Shown here in pieces: positions 21,899 through 31,915 of a stretch of DNA of 64,000 bases. The position numbers and the translations under genes were made by a program. Positions within the stretch are counted from its first letter, which is position 1. Each line of letters begins with the position of its first letter. The stretch covers positions 1,792,001 to 1,856,000 of the forward strand of contig OZ252239.1 of the NCBI GenBank assembly GCA_965249485.1, in the 5' to 3' direction. Source of the stretch: a bacterium (GTDB lineage Bacteria; SM23-31). The notes under the pieces were generated by a model. The model made no database searches and was not told where the DNA came from. It was given only the letters and a program-made list of their open reading frames with translations.

Positions 21899-22021
21899 TC
21901 AATTCTGCTTATCTTTTTTGAACTCTTCCGGCTTAACTCTAACAATGCGCTTAATCGCCTCATCAAAGGGCATGTTAAGTTTAATCGGCTTTTCGTATGA
22001 TTTGGGTTTTTTCTTATTCAT
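21899..22021 (-). CDS. Small basic protein inside IS1595 (MNKKKPKSYEKPIKLNMPFDEAIKRIV...)
   Basis: 40-aa ORF whose start overlaps the end of the upstream Bro-N frame. Confidence 0.5.
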   Translation of the reverse strand: MNKKKPKSYEKPIKLNMPFDEAIKRIVRVKPEEFKKDKQN

Positions 22022-22873
22022 TAGTTATTTGCTGAATCCCCATTGGAAAGCTTTCTCATTGCATCGTCTCCAGTAATGCTTTTGTCGTGTTTTGTATCAA
22101 GATAGTTTTTGTCAGAAACTACACTTTCACCAAGCTGTTTTTCTAAGTTCTTTCTTGCGGTTCCCGCAATACCCCCACCCTTCTCCGATGCTTCTTGTGG
22201 ATTTCTCCCCAAGCATAGTTAAGATGAGTTCAAGATCAGTCATGTTATCTCTTAAACTGTGGTGCTTTTTCAGTGCCTTAAAATTTTTGTGGTTTTGTGT
22301 GTCAATACCGAATGTTTCTGTTGAAATAATATTGGTTAAGATAGCATATTCTATATCTTTGACTCCACGATCTTTCCATTCATCGGTGAGTTCTTTTCTT
22401 GTTAGTATTGTTCTAATTCTGGCATCAATCCATTCATCTGAATAACCCTTTACCTTATAAGTTGTTATTGCTCTTTTGATGGCTATTTCAGGATTCTGAA
22501 TTTCTTGAATTCTCTCATATCCAGTCTTAGCCAACCACTTTTTTAAAGGTTCTACCTTTGGAGATGGTATGGATTGCACAATGCGAAATATAATCTCTGG
22601 GCTTGCACATTCTGTTTCCCTCATGCTTCCGTCTTTGGCACTAAGTTTCAACTGTCGACAATCTGTCGACAGATCAATTCCTGTTTTGGACAGTTCTCGT
22701 TTCTTCAGCTGATACCAATAATCACGTGGATTAACACTGTCTGTTACGGCCTCAACTACATCAACCACTGAAAAAAACCACTCATCATCGTGTAATATTT
22801 TTCTAATTTCTTTATTTTTGAACATTGTTATCTGTTCAACACCCTCTGGAATCAATTCATTTTCTTCCTTCAC
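22021..22873 (-). pseudogene. Bro-N domain / antirepressor-like protein, frameshifted near 22170
   Basis: WFFSVVDVV, IVQSIPSPKVEPLKKWLA, LRDNMTDLELIL; C-terminus GGGIAGTARKNLEKQLG in another frame. Confidence 0.8.
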
Positions 22874-22937
22874 AATTTTTTTCCTTTTTGAATTGATGTT
22901 TTTTTAAAGTAATAAGAGTGTAGATATTTGTCAACCA

Positions 22938-23858
22938 TTAACTATCTTCATTTTTCAATTCCTCATAAGTTAATCTGCCAGTACAATAGTTTAACAGTAT
23001 TAAAAACCGTACACTATCCCCCAATTCACGAGTATTATATCTGAATTGGAATTCATGTATATAACGATCTAAGTGTTTTGGGCTAACATGATGATATATT
23101 CCGTAAATCCCCCGTTTGAATATACTCCAAAATCCCTCAATTGTGTTTACATGAACATTGCCACTGCTGTATTCTTGTTTACCATGACTAACAACATGAT
23201 GATCGAAATACTGTGATAATCGCTTGTATGCCAACCATTCATCAGACATTACAGTAGTTCCCTTAGCGACATATCCCTTAATAATGTTCTGCAATGTACT
23301 TGCTTTAACATTCTCAACAGACATCGATCTAAGTTTCCCCGCACGTTCCACCATGCCGAATACTGCTGTCTTGTTTTCAGATCCCCTTCCACGCTTACCC
23401 GAATGTTTACCACCAATGTAAGTTTCGTCTACTTCAACAATATTAGATAATGGCTTGGCAAATGAACTTGTCCTTACAGCATATCTAATTCTATGCAACA
23501 TGTACCACGCTGTCTTTTGGGTAACCTTAATATCTTTGGCAAGCTGTAACGAAGAAATTCCTTTTTTGTGTGCAGTAATTAGGAATATAGCAAAAAACCA
23601 TTTCCTCAATGGTAAAGCACTATCTTCAAATATCGTGCCTACCTTAACACTGAATTGCTTATCACAATCTTTGCACCAGTAAACAGGTCGGCTTTTATAC
23701 TTACTGACATTTTCACTGTCGCAATGGACACAAATAATGGTATCACCCCATCGAGCTTGTTCTAAATATTCACGACAAGACGATTCATCGGGGAACCGCT
23801 CAATTACATCCATTAAGTTGTTGAATTTAGGCAAGGGTCTTCTTAACTTGACTTCCAT
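22938..23858 (-). CDS. IS1595-family DDE transposase
   Basis: Zn ribbon CVHC..CKDC, KKGISSLQL, VEVDETYIGG, MSDEW, HVNTIEGFWS, EFQFRYN. Confidence 0.95.
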   Translation of the reverse strand: MEVKLRRPLPKFNNLMDVIERFPDESSCREYLEQARWGDTIICVHCDSENVSKYKSRPVYWCKDCDKQFSVKVGTIFEDSALPLRKWFFAIFLITAHKKGISSLQLAKDIKVTQKTAWYMLHRIRYAVRTSSFAKPLSNIVEVDETYIGGKHSGKRGRGSENKTAVFGMVERAGKLRSMSVENVKASTLQNIIKGYVAKGTTVMSDEWLAYKRLSQYFDHHVVSHGKQEYSSGNVHVNTIEGFWSIFKRGIYGIYHHVSPKHLDRYIHEFQFRYNTRELGDSVRFLILLNYCTGRLTYEELKNEDS

Positions 23859-23980
23859 ATTATTTCGATTAATTACAATATACGAAATAATATTGCATGT
23901 GTCAAGTATATAATTACGTTAATAATAATCAATTAAAAGATATAAACAATAAATCCGATTCCAAGACAGCATAATGTCTG

Positions 23981-24928
23981 TTATTCTGCTGGTTTTCCTT
24001 TGTCCTTTGTCACATTGAAAACGGATGTTGCTGAAGCAATTATACTTGATATATCTGCTAAATTTGACGGGATGATCATTGTATTATTTTTATTAGCCAG
24101 TTTACCGAAATTTTCAAGATACTGCTCTGCGATCCTGAGGTTAACAGCATTTAATCCGTTTTTCTCTTCAATAGCCGAAGCAATTTCCCGTATTCCCGAA
24201 GCTTTAGCCTTGGCTACCCTCTCGATTTCAGTCGCAGAACCCTCAGCTTCATTTATCCTTTTCATCTTTTCACCTTCTGATTTAGCTATCAATTCCTGCT
24301 TTTCTCCTTCTGCTCTATTGATTTTAGCCTGTTTATCGCCCTCTGATTCTGCAATCAGAGCTCTTTTTTCACGCACCGCCCTCATTTGCTTTTCCATGGC
24401 GTCTTTTATACTCGCAGGTGGTTCAATATTTTTTATCTCATATCTGGTTACCTTAACTCCCCATGGATCGGATGCTTTATCAACTGCATCGACTATCGAA
24501 ACATTAATAGTATCCCTTTCTTCAAAGGTTTTGTCAAGCTCCAATTTACCGATAATGCTTCTCATTGTTGTCTGAGCAAGTTGAGCAGATGCAAACTGAT
24601 AATTACTGATGCCATAGGAGGCTTTTGGGGCATCGACAACCTGCAGGTAGAGGATACCGTCCACTTCCACGGAAATATTGTCTCGTGTTATACATGTCTG
24701 AGATGCAACATCGAGTGCTTGTTCCTTTAATGTATGCTTGTAGGCAACTTTGTCGATAAATGGTATGAGAATATGAAATCCAGCTTCAAGCGTAGCTTGA
24801 TACTTTCCAAGACGTTCCACGATAAATGCAGCTTTTTGCGGAACTATTCTTACAGTTTTTAAAAATGCTGTTATTACGAAAATAATTATAATGATAAGGA
24901 AAAAGGTGCTAACGCCTTCAGTGCTCAT
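23981..24928 (-). CDS. SPFH/stomatin-like protein (paraslipin, QmcA-like)
   Basis: IVERLGKY, CITRDNISVEVDG, AQTTMRSIIG, WGVKVTRYEIK. Confidence 0.93.
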   Translation of the reverse strand: MSTEGVSTFFLIIIIIFVITAFLKTVRIVPQKAAFIVERLGKYQATLEAGFHILIPFIDKVAYKHTLKEQALDVASQTCITRDNISVEVDGILYLQVVDAPKASYGISNYQFASAQLAQTTMRSIIGKLELDKTFEERDTINVSIVDAVDKASDPWGVKVTRYEIKNIEPPASIKDAMEKQMRAVREKRALIAESEGDKQAKINRAEGEKQELIAKSEGEKMKRINEAEGSATEIERVAKAKASGIREIASAIEEKNGLNAVNLRIAEQYLENFGKLANKNNTMIIPSNLADISSIIASATSVFNVTKDKGKPAE

Positions 24929-24931
24929 GGT

Positions 24932-26053
24932 TTACCTCTCTTTTAAAGATTTTACTTTAAGCGTAATGTTGTCTTTACCAATTATTTCAACCGAAGATCC
25001 CTTCGGAATGTTTTCATCCGATTCCGCATTCCAGGTGGTACCTCGAAACTCAACCCTTCCTTTTAAATTAGGAGTTATTTGCTGTGAAACGATCGCATTC
25101 TTCCCTATGAACTCTTCAGACTTTTCGTCTTTGATCCGTTTTGAAGTAACACGACCTATAAATATGTTTTTTACCCATTTGCGGAGAGAAAGTATAAGTA
25201 TAATTGAAGAAATTAAGAATATAATCAATTGCATGTTTAAAGAAATATCAGTTGAAAATGAAACTATTGCAACAATCCACGCTCCTATTCCGAAGAAGAA
25301 AATTATAAACCCCGGATTGGCAAATTCAAAGACAAAAAGTACAAATCCTAATATTAACCATATCAATGAAGGCCTCATAAATTTGCTGATATCATTTGTA
25401 GGTGTTGAGACAACCTGAGCCTCAACTAAGTCGAAGGATTCCAATATTTTATCGATATTTTCCAGTTCGAAATCAGCAATTTTGTGATTTAATGCTTCCC
25501 TGGTAGTTAAAGTTAATAATTTCCCTTTTTCGATCAGTCCGGAAATCTCGACTTCTTCATCTACCATTGCTTCCGCTATCTCTGGTTGGCGATTGTTCAC
25601 TTCAGCTGTTGACTTCATTTCATTTCGCCAATATGATATTATCTTCTCAGATGCCTTCTCACCTAAGAAGTTCACAGGTGTAGCAGCACCGATAGTAGCT
25701 CCGGGAGACATTACGATTTTATCAGAAGCCAGTGAGATGAGAGCACCTGCTGATATTGCTCTTTTATTTATGAATGCAATAGTTAATATATTGGTGTCGA
25801 GTATATAATCTCTGATCTGAGTAGCAGCCTCCATTTCACCGCCGAATGTATTGATCTCAAGTATTATGGCATTCGCATTTACATTTTCTGCATCTTTAAT
25901 AATGCGACCGACATTTAAAGAAATTCCCGTATTTATGGTTCCGTTAATTAGAATATGATATACATTCTTATCTTGTGCAGCTAGTGCTCCATAACTCGCT
26001 AAAACAATAAACAGAGTCAAATAGATTTTTTTCATATAATTTTCCAATTTCAT
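24932..26053 (-). CDS. NfeD family protein (ClpP-like N-terminal domain, TM region, OB-fold)
   Basis: INTFGG, AISAGALI, GKLLTLT; GRVEFRGTTWNA; adjacent to the SPFH gene. Confidence 0.85.
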   Translation of the reverse strand: MKLENYMKKIYLTLFIVLASYGALAAQDKNVYHILINGTINTGISLNVGRIIKDAENVNANAIILEINTFGGEMEAATQIRDYILDTNILTIAFINKRAISAGALISLASDKIVMSPGATIGAATPVNFLGEKASEKIISYWRNEMKSTAEVNNRQPEIAEAMVDEEVEISGLIEKGKLLTLTTREALNHKIADFELENIDKILESFDLVEAQVVSTPTNDISKFMRPSLIWLILGFVLFVFEFANPGFIIFFFGIGAWIVAIVSFSTDISLNMQLIIFLISSIILILSLRKWVKNIFIGRVTSKRIKDEKSEEFIGKNAIVSQQITPNLKGRVEFRGTTWNAESDENIPKGSSVEIIGKDNITLKVKSLKER

Positions 26054-26165
26054 TAATTATATATAATAAGAGTGGTGTTGTACGTCGTCAGAACATGTTG
26101 GAATAATTGGGTTGGAAGTTAAAAGATGCTTTTAGCTTTTACAAGGGTATTCTAATAATCAATAG

Positions 26166-26594
26166 TTATTTATTCATAAATGCATCCACACTCAAACCAT
26201 CCTTCTCACGTGGAATCATGAGTATAAATACAACAAGGACGAGGAGGGCAAAGATGAGGCCTGACATGTCAAAAAACGGCTCCTTAAGGAGGTGGCCGTA
26301 CGTCACTATAACAAGGATTAATCCAAGAACTGAAAGGCTTTCCTTCACTCTGAATCCGAGACACGTGAGTCCGCCCGCAATAAATTCCATAAAAGGGAAC
26401 ATAAAACCGAGAGCCCACAAGAACCAAATAGGAATCCATGTATCCTGATAATCTTCAACAAAAACCTCCCGGGCAAACTCGACCGCACCTATAGCAAACA
26501 ATTTGTGAAATCCTTCCATCATGAACGCTAATCCGAGTATCCACCGCACGAAAAAAAGAGCCATCGAAACGCTGTCGAATTTCAATTTTCTCAT
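26166..26594 (-). CDS. DoxX family membrane protein
   Basis: RWILGLAFMMEGFHKL, EFIAGGLTCLGF; start MRKLKF follows RBS TAGGAG. Confidence 0.85.
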   Translation of the reverse strand: MRKLKFDSVSMALFFVRWILGLAFMMEGFHKLFAIGAVEFAREVFVEDYQDTWIPIWFLWALGFMFPFMEFIAGGLTCLGFRVKESLSVLGLILVIVTYGHLLKEPFFDMSGLIFALLVLVVFILMIPREKDGLSVDAFMNK

Positions 26595-26698
26595 ATTTGA
26601 TCTCCTATATGTAATAACTGATATTCCCAATATCAATCCTCTAAAAGAGAATGGACAATTTGGATCCAATGTGTTCAATAGTACGGTATGTAATATGC

Positions 26699-26743
26699 TT
26701 TTACAAGTACTATCTGCTCCTCGGGCTGTACGATTTGCGAACC
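26699..26743 (+). repeat. Cassette repeat copy
   Basis: TTTTACAAGTACTATCTGCTCCTCGGGCTGTACGATTTGCGAACC; stop codon at 26751 lies 7 nt away. Confidence 0.92.
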
Positions 26744-26750
26744 TTAACGT

Positions 26751-28170
26751 TCAATGGATCAGGAAAATTTCCTCATTTGGCGGCTGAATAAATTCAACTC
26801 CCCTGTTGGTTACGACTTGAGGATTAGAAATATTAAAGGCAAGCGGATAACCGGGTCTTTCATCAATATTCATATGGACCAAATATTCAAAGGCAAACAG
26901 ATAATTCTCCTGAATTTTCAAATGATGCGTGTCCGCCCGAAATGGCGCCATTGAGGGTCCGATCTCACCACTGTTGCTAAAAGCATGATTACCAATGGAA
27001 AATCCTGCAACATCAGTTCCTTTATCAGCGAGCGCCTTCTGTATCATCTTATAGTCTTCTGTACCGACATCGATATGAGGTGTATATATATCCTGCATCT
27101 TCCATAGCTTTGACCATAGCAGCCAATGATTCCCCAGCAGTCATGCCAACTCGCATATGCGGCCGCATAATCCATTGACCTGCTATAGCGCTATCAAAGA
27201 CTTTCTGTAAGAAGCCGGGGACTTTAGTTTCCCCTTTTCTCAAAATATAGGCATGAATTTTCGTATCTACTCCGAAACCCATATAGTTCCCTCTATCACC
27301 GCCACCACCACCGCCAACAAATAAATCACCACGCTGAAGAACATAGTTAGGATTACGAAAAAACCACCGTGCATCAGGTTGAGATTTCGGTACAGTTTTA
27401 TCAGGTGTATTTACTGCTGAATAGTAGACCCGGGCACCTATGTCTCTTGCTGTCGTTACACCTGGCACGACCTGAGATAATCTTTGTCTTGCACGCTGGC
27501 GAGCCAGAGCCAATACTTCGACCTGTGCCGCTACTTCCCTGCTCGTCCTTCTATTTATGAAATCTAAAACGACATTCTCAGAAAACACAATTCTCTTAGA
27601 ATATTCGGACCCTAAAATTTTTTCCAGCTTCATATATGATGAATGTGAAATTCCATCTGCCATAGGGAGCCAATCTGATGTATTGACTGCAATTGTTTTC
27701 GGATCACGCTCTGCTACAAAATCTGTTATTTCGTTGAAAACTTCGGGAACTGTAAAACCCAGTCTGGGATCTGTATTATTATAATTCCAACCGCCCAGAG
27801 CCATTCCAACTTCGTTAGAGCCGTATATGTTAATATTTTCAATCACTCCTGCTTCACCAAAAACAGCCCGCTCAATCTTGTCCCCTAGGTCCGTAAATAT
27901 CAAATAACCAGAGACTGGTCCAAAATGTTGAGCCAATGGGCCTCTATGGGGATTTGCAAAGATTCCATTGTACCGACCAACATGAATCCACATGTCCACG
28001 TTATTGTCTCTCATTGCTCCAGGTAGAATAAGGTCAAGTTTTTCGTTTCTTGCCAGGCGAAGAGCTTCAGCATCGGTCTCTGGTGTACGCTGTGGCAGCG
28101 GTTGCTGCCCATTGGCAACAGGTACGGTGAACATCACAGATATTAAAAATATTAATATTCTAGATATCAT
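26751..28170 (-). pseudogene. Secreted M24-like protein, paralogue 3, frameshift near 27080
   Basis: ORFs 27049-28170 and 26751-27098 together align with paralogue 31916-33322. Confidence 0.8.
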
Positions 28171-28222
28171 GACATTCTCCTTTATTGATTGTTAGTGATA
28201 AATATTGTGTTAAGCAATTTAA

Positions 28223-28265
28223 TTTTACAAGTATTTTTACATTTGGGCTGTACGATTTGCGAACC
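28223..28265 (+). repeat. Cassette repeat copy
   Basis: TTTTACAAGTATTTTTACATTTGGGCTGTACGATTTGCGAACC. Confidence 0.9.
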
Positions 28266-28377
28266 ATTGAGTAGGAAATCAAACGGAGGCACAGAAACAC
28301 TATAACAGAGACAGGTTGTGTAAACACACGTCGTTGAGAATAGCCAGCGGTCTCTGATTCGATCGCCGGCGCGCGGG

Positions 28378-28773
28378 TCAACCCATCGTTTCCGCGTCCG
28401 CGGGAGGTTGCTCCCGCGCAGCTTTCCGAAACAGCAAGGCCGATCCAACCCACAACGCGACGAAGAATCCATTCAAAGTCAAGATTTCCAGCAGTCCGCT
28501 AAACGGGTAGCCCAACCTACCAATCAGCGCGATCACGGTAACTAACGACTGAGCGAGCGCAGTAGCGAACAACGTGCGTGCCATTCCATGTGGCTGGAAG
28601 CGCGAGATAATGGCACCGATGATTCCGACGGCGAACACCCCGATATACATCAAGTTGGCGCAGTTGTCAGAATCCCCGATAATGCCAACGGCAGCGTTCA
28701 CCCAGAAGAGGATGAAGGCTGCCGCGAGCGCAAGGCCGACGGCGGATTTGTACGCGGTATTGCCCGTCTTCAT
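28378..28773 (-). CDS. Small 4-TM hypothetical membrane protein
   Basis: WVNAAVGIIG, ARTLFATALAQ; GC-richer than neighbours. Confidence 0.7.
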   Translation of the reverse strand: MKTGNTAYKSAVGLALAAAFILFWVNAAVGIIGDSDNCANLMYIGVFAVGIIGAIISRFQPHGMARTLFATALAQSLVTVIALIGRLGYPFSGLLEILTLNGFFVALWVGSALLFRKAAREQPPADAETMG

Positions 28774-28898
28774 CGCTTCAATCCTTTCGTTTACGCTTTG
28801 TCATCACAATAGCGGCATACCTATTGATTATGTGGTTTTCATATAACACAACTTGGCTTTCTGAACGTGGTAGTAGTTCCACTGGATCCCAGATGCCG

Positions 28899-28930
28899 TT
28901 TCTGTCCCCGGGCTGTAGGATTCGCGAACC
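28899..28930 (+). repeat. Cassette repeat core
   Basis: TTTCTGTCCCCGGGCTGTAGGATTCGCGAACC. Confidence 0.85.
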
Positions 28931-28981
28931 GGTTTCTATCGCATATTTATTGTTATAAAAATCAATATGAGAATTACACTG

Positions 28982-29881
28982 TTAAGTACCAAACAACTCA
29001 TTGAGTAGTGAGCTACCCGGTGACACCATAATTTCCGGTACAGTCTGTTCATACATTTCATATAGTTGAGGCAATTTTTCCCTTAGGTCGGCACTATTTT
29101 TTAACGTCCAAGCTGTTGTATTCCGGTCAAAGGTTTCCCGGAGGTCCCATGCAGTGAAGATGACCCAGTATGCAAATTCCTGAAGTGAGACCCGTATCCG
29201 GCGTTCTTCATCTTCAATCCTGTCGAAGGAAATTAGATCATAATATCCTTTTTCAGCCGCCTCCAGCATAAACTGATAGAGCTGTGATTCGGTAGTTGCA
29301 GCCCATTCCTCGGGAAATACATAATGAAGTCCTATATCACTCGCATAGTGTAAGAGGTGTTCAGCTACTTCTACCATCTGATCTCTATTTCCAATTTCAT
29401 ATTGCATTATTACATCGCATACACTGTTCTGACTTCTTGTAACATTCCATGCCGCCAGATCTTCGGGATCCGTAATTCGGTCTTCTCTACCCTTATAAAA
29501 TGGGATCAAAGCCCTGTACTCATACATATTCCTGATAAACTCTTCCTGGAGTGCACTGTCGATAGAACCACCCTGCGGAAACATCTTTATAATAGTTTTA
29601 GCAACATTATTCATAAATTTATCTGCAATGTTGTCCCGGCCTACCAGGGTATAGCCATAAACCGTGATCTTTTTCGTGAATGGAGGATATTCGTCTGTTG
29701 GAATAAGACCGGTATTCATATACAAATCGCTGGGTGCCGAAGTTGCCCGCGAAAGCATGATGCATCCCCCATAATGGGTCATTCCCGTATCGGTCGCTAC
29801 CGACTCGGTCGTTTCCGAACTACAAAAAGTCAGAAGTAACGTCAAAGAAAGAATTGCACAAAAAATTTGTCGAGTAGACAT
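28982..29881 (-). CDS. Lipoprotein with zincin-like ExxEHxxH motif
   Basis: Lipobox LTFC; EVAEHLLH, QEFAYW; paralogue of 45617-46564. Confidence 0.65.
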   Translation of the reverse strand: MSTRQIFCAILSLTLLLTFCSSETTESVATDTGMTHYGGCIMLSRATSAPSDLYMNTGLIPTDEYPPFTKKITVYGYTLVGRDNIADKFMNNVAKTIIKMFPQGGSIDSALQEEFIRNMYEYRALIPFYKGREDRITDPEDLAAWNVTRSQNSVCDVIMQYEIGNRDQMVEVAEHLLHYASDIGLHYVFPEEWAATTESQLYQFMLEAAEKGYYDLISFDRIEDEERRIRVSLQEFAYWVIFTAWDLRETFDRNTTAWTLKNSADLREKLPQLYEMYEQTVPEIMVSPGSSLLNELFGT

Positions 29882-30156
29882 AATTGAATCTCCTTCAATT
29901 AGTTTATATTCCCCAAATCAATTCTCCATAAGAGATTAATTGGGAATGTGTATGAATTATAACGCTTTCTTACGTCGTCAGAACCTTTGAAATGCTTTGC
30001 GTTAAACATTAAGCAGTACTCCTGGCATTTGCATGTGTTTTTTCTACCCTCCATAATGGAAAGTAATCCCTTGAAACTGGGCGCCTCGATGTTATTTGAA
30101 AATAACCCGGGACTGGTAAGATGACGACAATTATTACGCCCTTTATACTGGTAATA

Positions 30157-31665
30157 CTAATGGTTAAAATCGCGCTTCTTAACGTCTTTGACATTCTTTA
30201 ACACGATGGAGGATTCACCTTCCGGTGCACGTTCTGCGTTGAAATTATCAAGCACCAAATCCTCTACATCGTCGCAAACCAGTGCCGGCCGCAGGTCATC
30301 CTTTTCAAAACCGACCGTAACATTGCGAAACTCTAATCCCTTAACATGACGGCAGTAAAAACCGTAGGAAGGCAGGGTACCACTTAAAGAATAATAAGCT
30401 TTCTCTTTTTCAGGAGGTACTATTTGGGCGTCTTCTTTTGTGCCTCCGCCGTCATAAATTATCTTAATATTATTCAACCTGACATCTTCGATTGAATAGC
30501 CCGGTATACCGGTAATGTGAGAACCAATCCTCCAATAAGAACCCGTTACAAAAACATTACTTATATTGATATTCCGTATCTTCCCGACAGGTGGATTATC
30601 AGGACCCCGTGCTCTGTTTCCCAGCCTTATAAATATCGGAGCGCCCGCCATGTTTTTCATTGTGATATTTGAGATGGATACATTTTCCATTATACCGCCG
30701 TCCATTATTCCCAGAGAAAATCCGTTATCACAATTATCAAAGACACAGTTGTTGATAACAATATTCTTAAAATCGCCGTTTGATTCAGTGCCGAATTTTA
30801 TCCCTCCGCACTGACGACCAGTGGTATTCATGGTACCGTCAAGCAGGGTTCCTTCGATAAAACCACTGACCATACAATTTGTAATAGTCACATTTTCAGT
30901 GACTCCTTTATATCCTAACGCGTAACTGCTTTTCAGACATAAGGCATCATCAATAGGTGTATTTATGGTACAGTTGGAAACCCTGACATTTCTACAGCAA
31001 TCAAGATTTATACCGTCACGATCAGTATCAACCTTGACGCCGTCAATAACCATGTTGTCACAGCCTGTAGGCAGCACCGCGAAATGACCTGCATGCCTGA
31101 TGGTAATGTCTTTAATCACTATGTTTTTACATAACTTTAGTGCGATTGTTTTATCCCCACCACCTGGCTCAGGATCTTCAGCGGTCATACCGCCTCCATC
31201 TATGGTGCCCGGACCCATTATTGTTATGCACTCAAGCTTCTCTCCCCAAATCAGGCTGTTGTGCCAGTGGCTGTGCCCAAAATCCTGGTACATGTCGAAT
31301 GGATTGTCTTCAGGTGGATCATATGCATTAATAGTGTTTGGTGCACCCAGTAGAGTTGCGCCTGCATCGAGGTACAGGGTAATATTGCTTTTCAATCTGA
31401 TAGAACCCGACTGGTACGTGCCGGCTGGAAAATACACGGTTCCTCCTCCAGCAGCGCTGCATACTTCTATCGCTTTATTAATGGCACCTGTGTCCAGTGT
31501 TGTTCCGTTTCCTGAGGCTCCATAATCTTTTACATTGAATGCGGATTCCGCCGGCCATTTGAAAACAGATGAGCCGAGGTTCATTGCCGGTAAAACAGCT
31601 ATACCGGCAAGTGAACTTTTCATAAAAGTACGCCGTGTTAGGATGTGATTAGAATTCAAACTCAT
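30157..31665 (-). CDS. Glycoside hydrolase family 28, Tat signal
   Basis: RRTFMK, FNVKDYGASGNG, DRDG, DDALCLKS, IKFGTES. Confidence 0.9.
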   Translation of the reverse strand: MSLNSNHILTRRTFMKSSLAGIAVLPAMNLGSSVFKWPAESAFNVKDYGASGNGTTLDTGAINKAIEVCSAAGGGTVYFPAGTYQSGSIRLKSNITLYLDAGATLLGAPNTINAYDPPEDNPFDMYQDFGHSHWHNSLIWGEKLECITIMGPGTIDGGGMTAEDPEPGGGDKTIALKLCKNIVIKDITIRHAGHFAVLPTGCDNMVIDGVKVDTDRDGINLDCCRNVRVSNCTINTPIDDALCLKSSYALGYKGVTENVTITNCMVSGFIEGTLLDGTMNTTGRQCGGIKFGTESNGDFKNIVINNCVFDNCDNGFSLGIMDGGIMENVSISNITMKNMAGAPIFIRLGNRARGPDNPPVGKIRNINISNVFVTGSYWRIGSHITGIPGYSIEDVRLNNIKIIYDGGGTKEDAQIVPPEKEKAYYSLSGTLPSYGFYCRHVKGLEFRNVTVGFEKDDLRPALVCDDVEDLVLDNFNAERAPEGESSIVLKNVKDVKKRDFNH

Positions 31666-31864
31666 GGCATCTCCTACTATAATGTAAAAATACTTTTGGC
31701 GGTGGCTTTTTGTTACTATTTATTGTGAATTGCTTCAAGTGTGGTCAGACTATGTGACATCAAGATTTTTGCAACGGTTTGTTCATAAACCTTATACAAC
31801 TTGGGTGTGAGTAGTCAGAACATTGAGGGCACTATTATTTAAATAGTAAGATATGCAAATTACA

Positions 31865-31908
31865 TTTCCAAGAATATTCTGCTCCTCGGGCTGTACGATT
31901 CGCGAACC
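31865..31908 (+). repeat. Cassette repeat copy
   Basis: TTTCCAAGAATATTCTGCTCCTCGGGCTGTACGATTCGCGAACC; stop codon at 31916. Confidence 0.92.
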
Positions 31909-31915
31909 TTTTTAC

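Larger units (their letters stand above)
21801..23918 (-). mobile_element. IS1595-family element carrying passenger genes
   Basis: TIRs CGCAACTATATATTAGACACATG (21801-21823) and reverse complement CGTAATTATATACTTGACACATG (23896-23918); AT-rich flanks TTATAAAT and TTAATAAT. Confidence 0.8.

Noticed and set aside
26728..26742. Alphaproteobacterial LexA box (GTTC-N7-GTTC)
   Set aside because: The core is one mismatch away, but the host does not look alphaproteobacterial and the cargo is not SOS-like. Kept only as a generic operator alternative.
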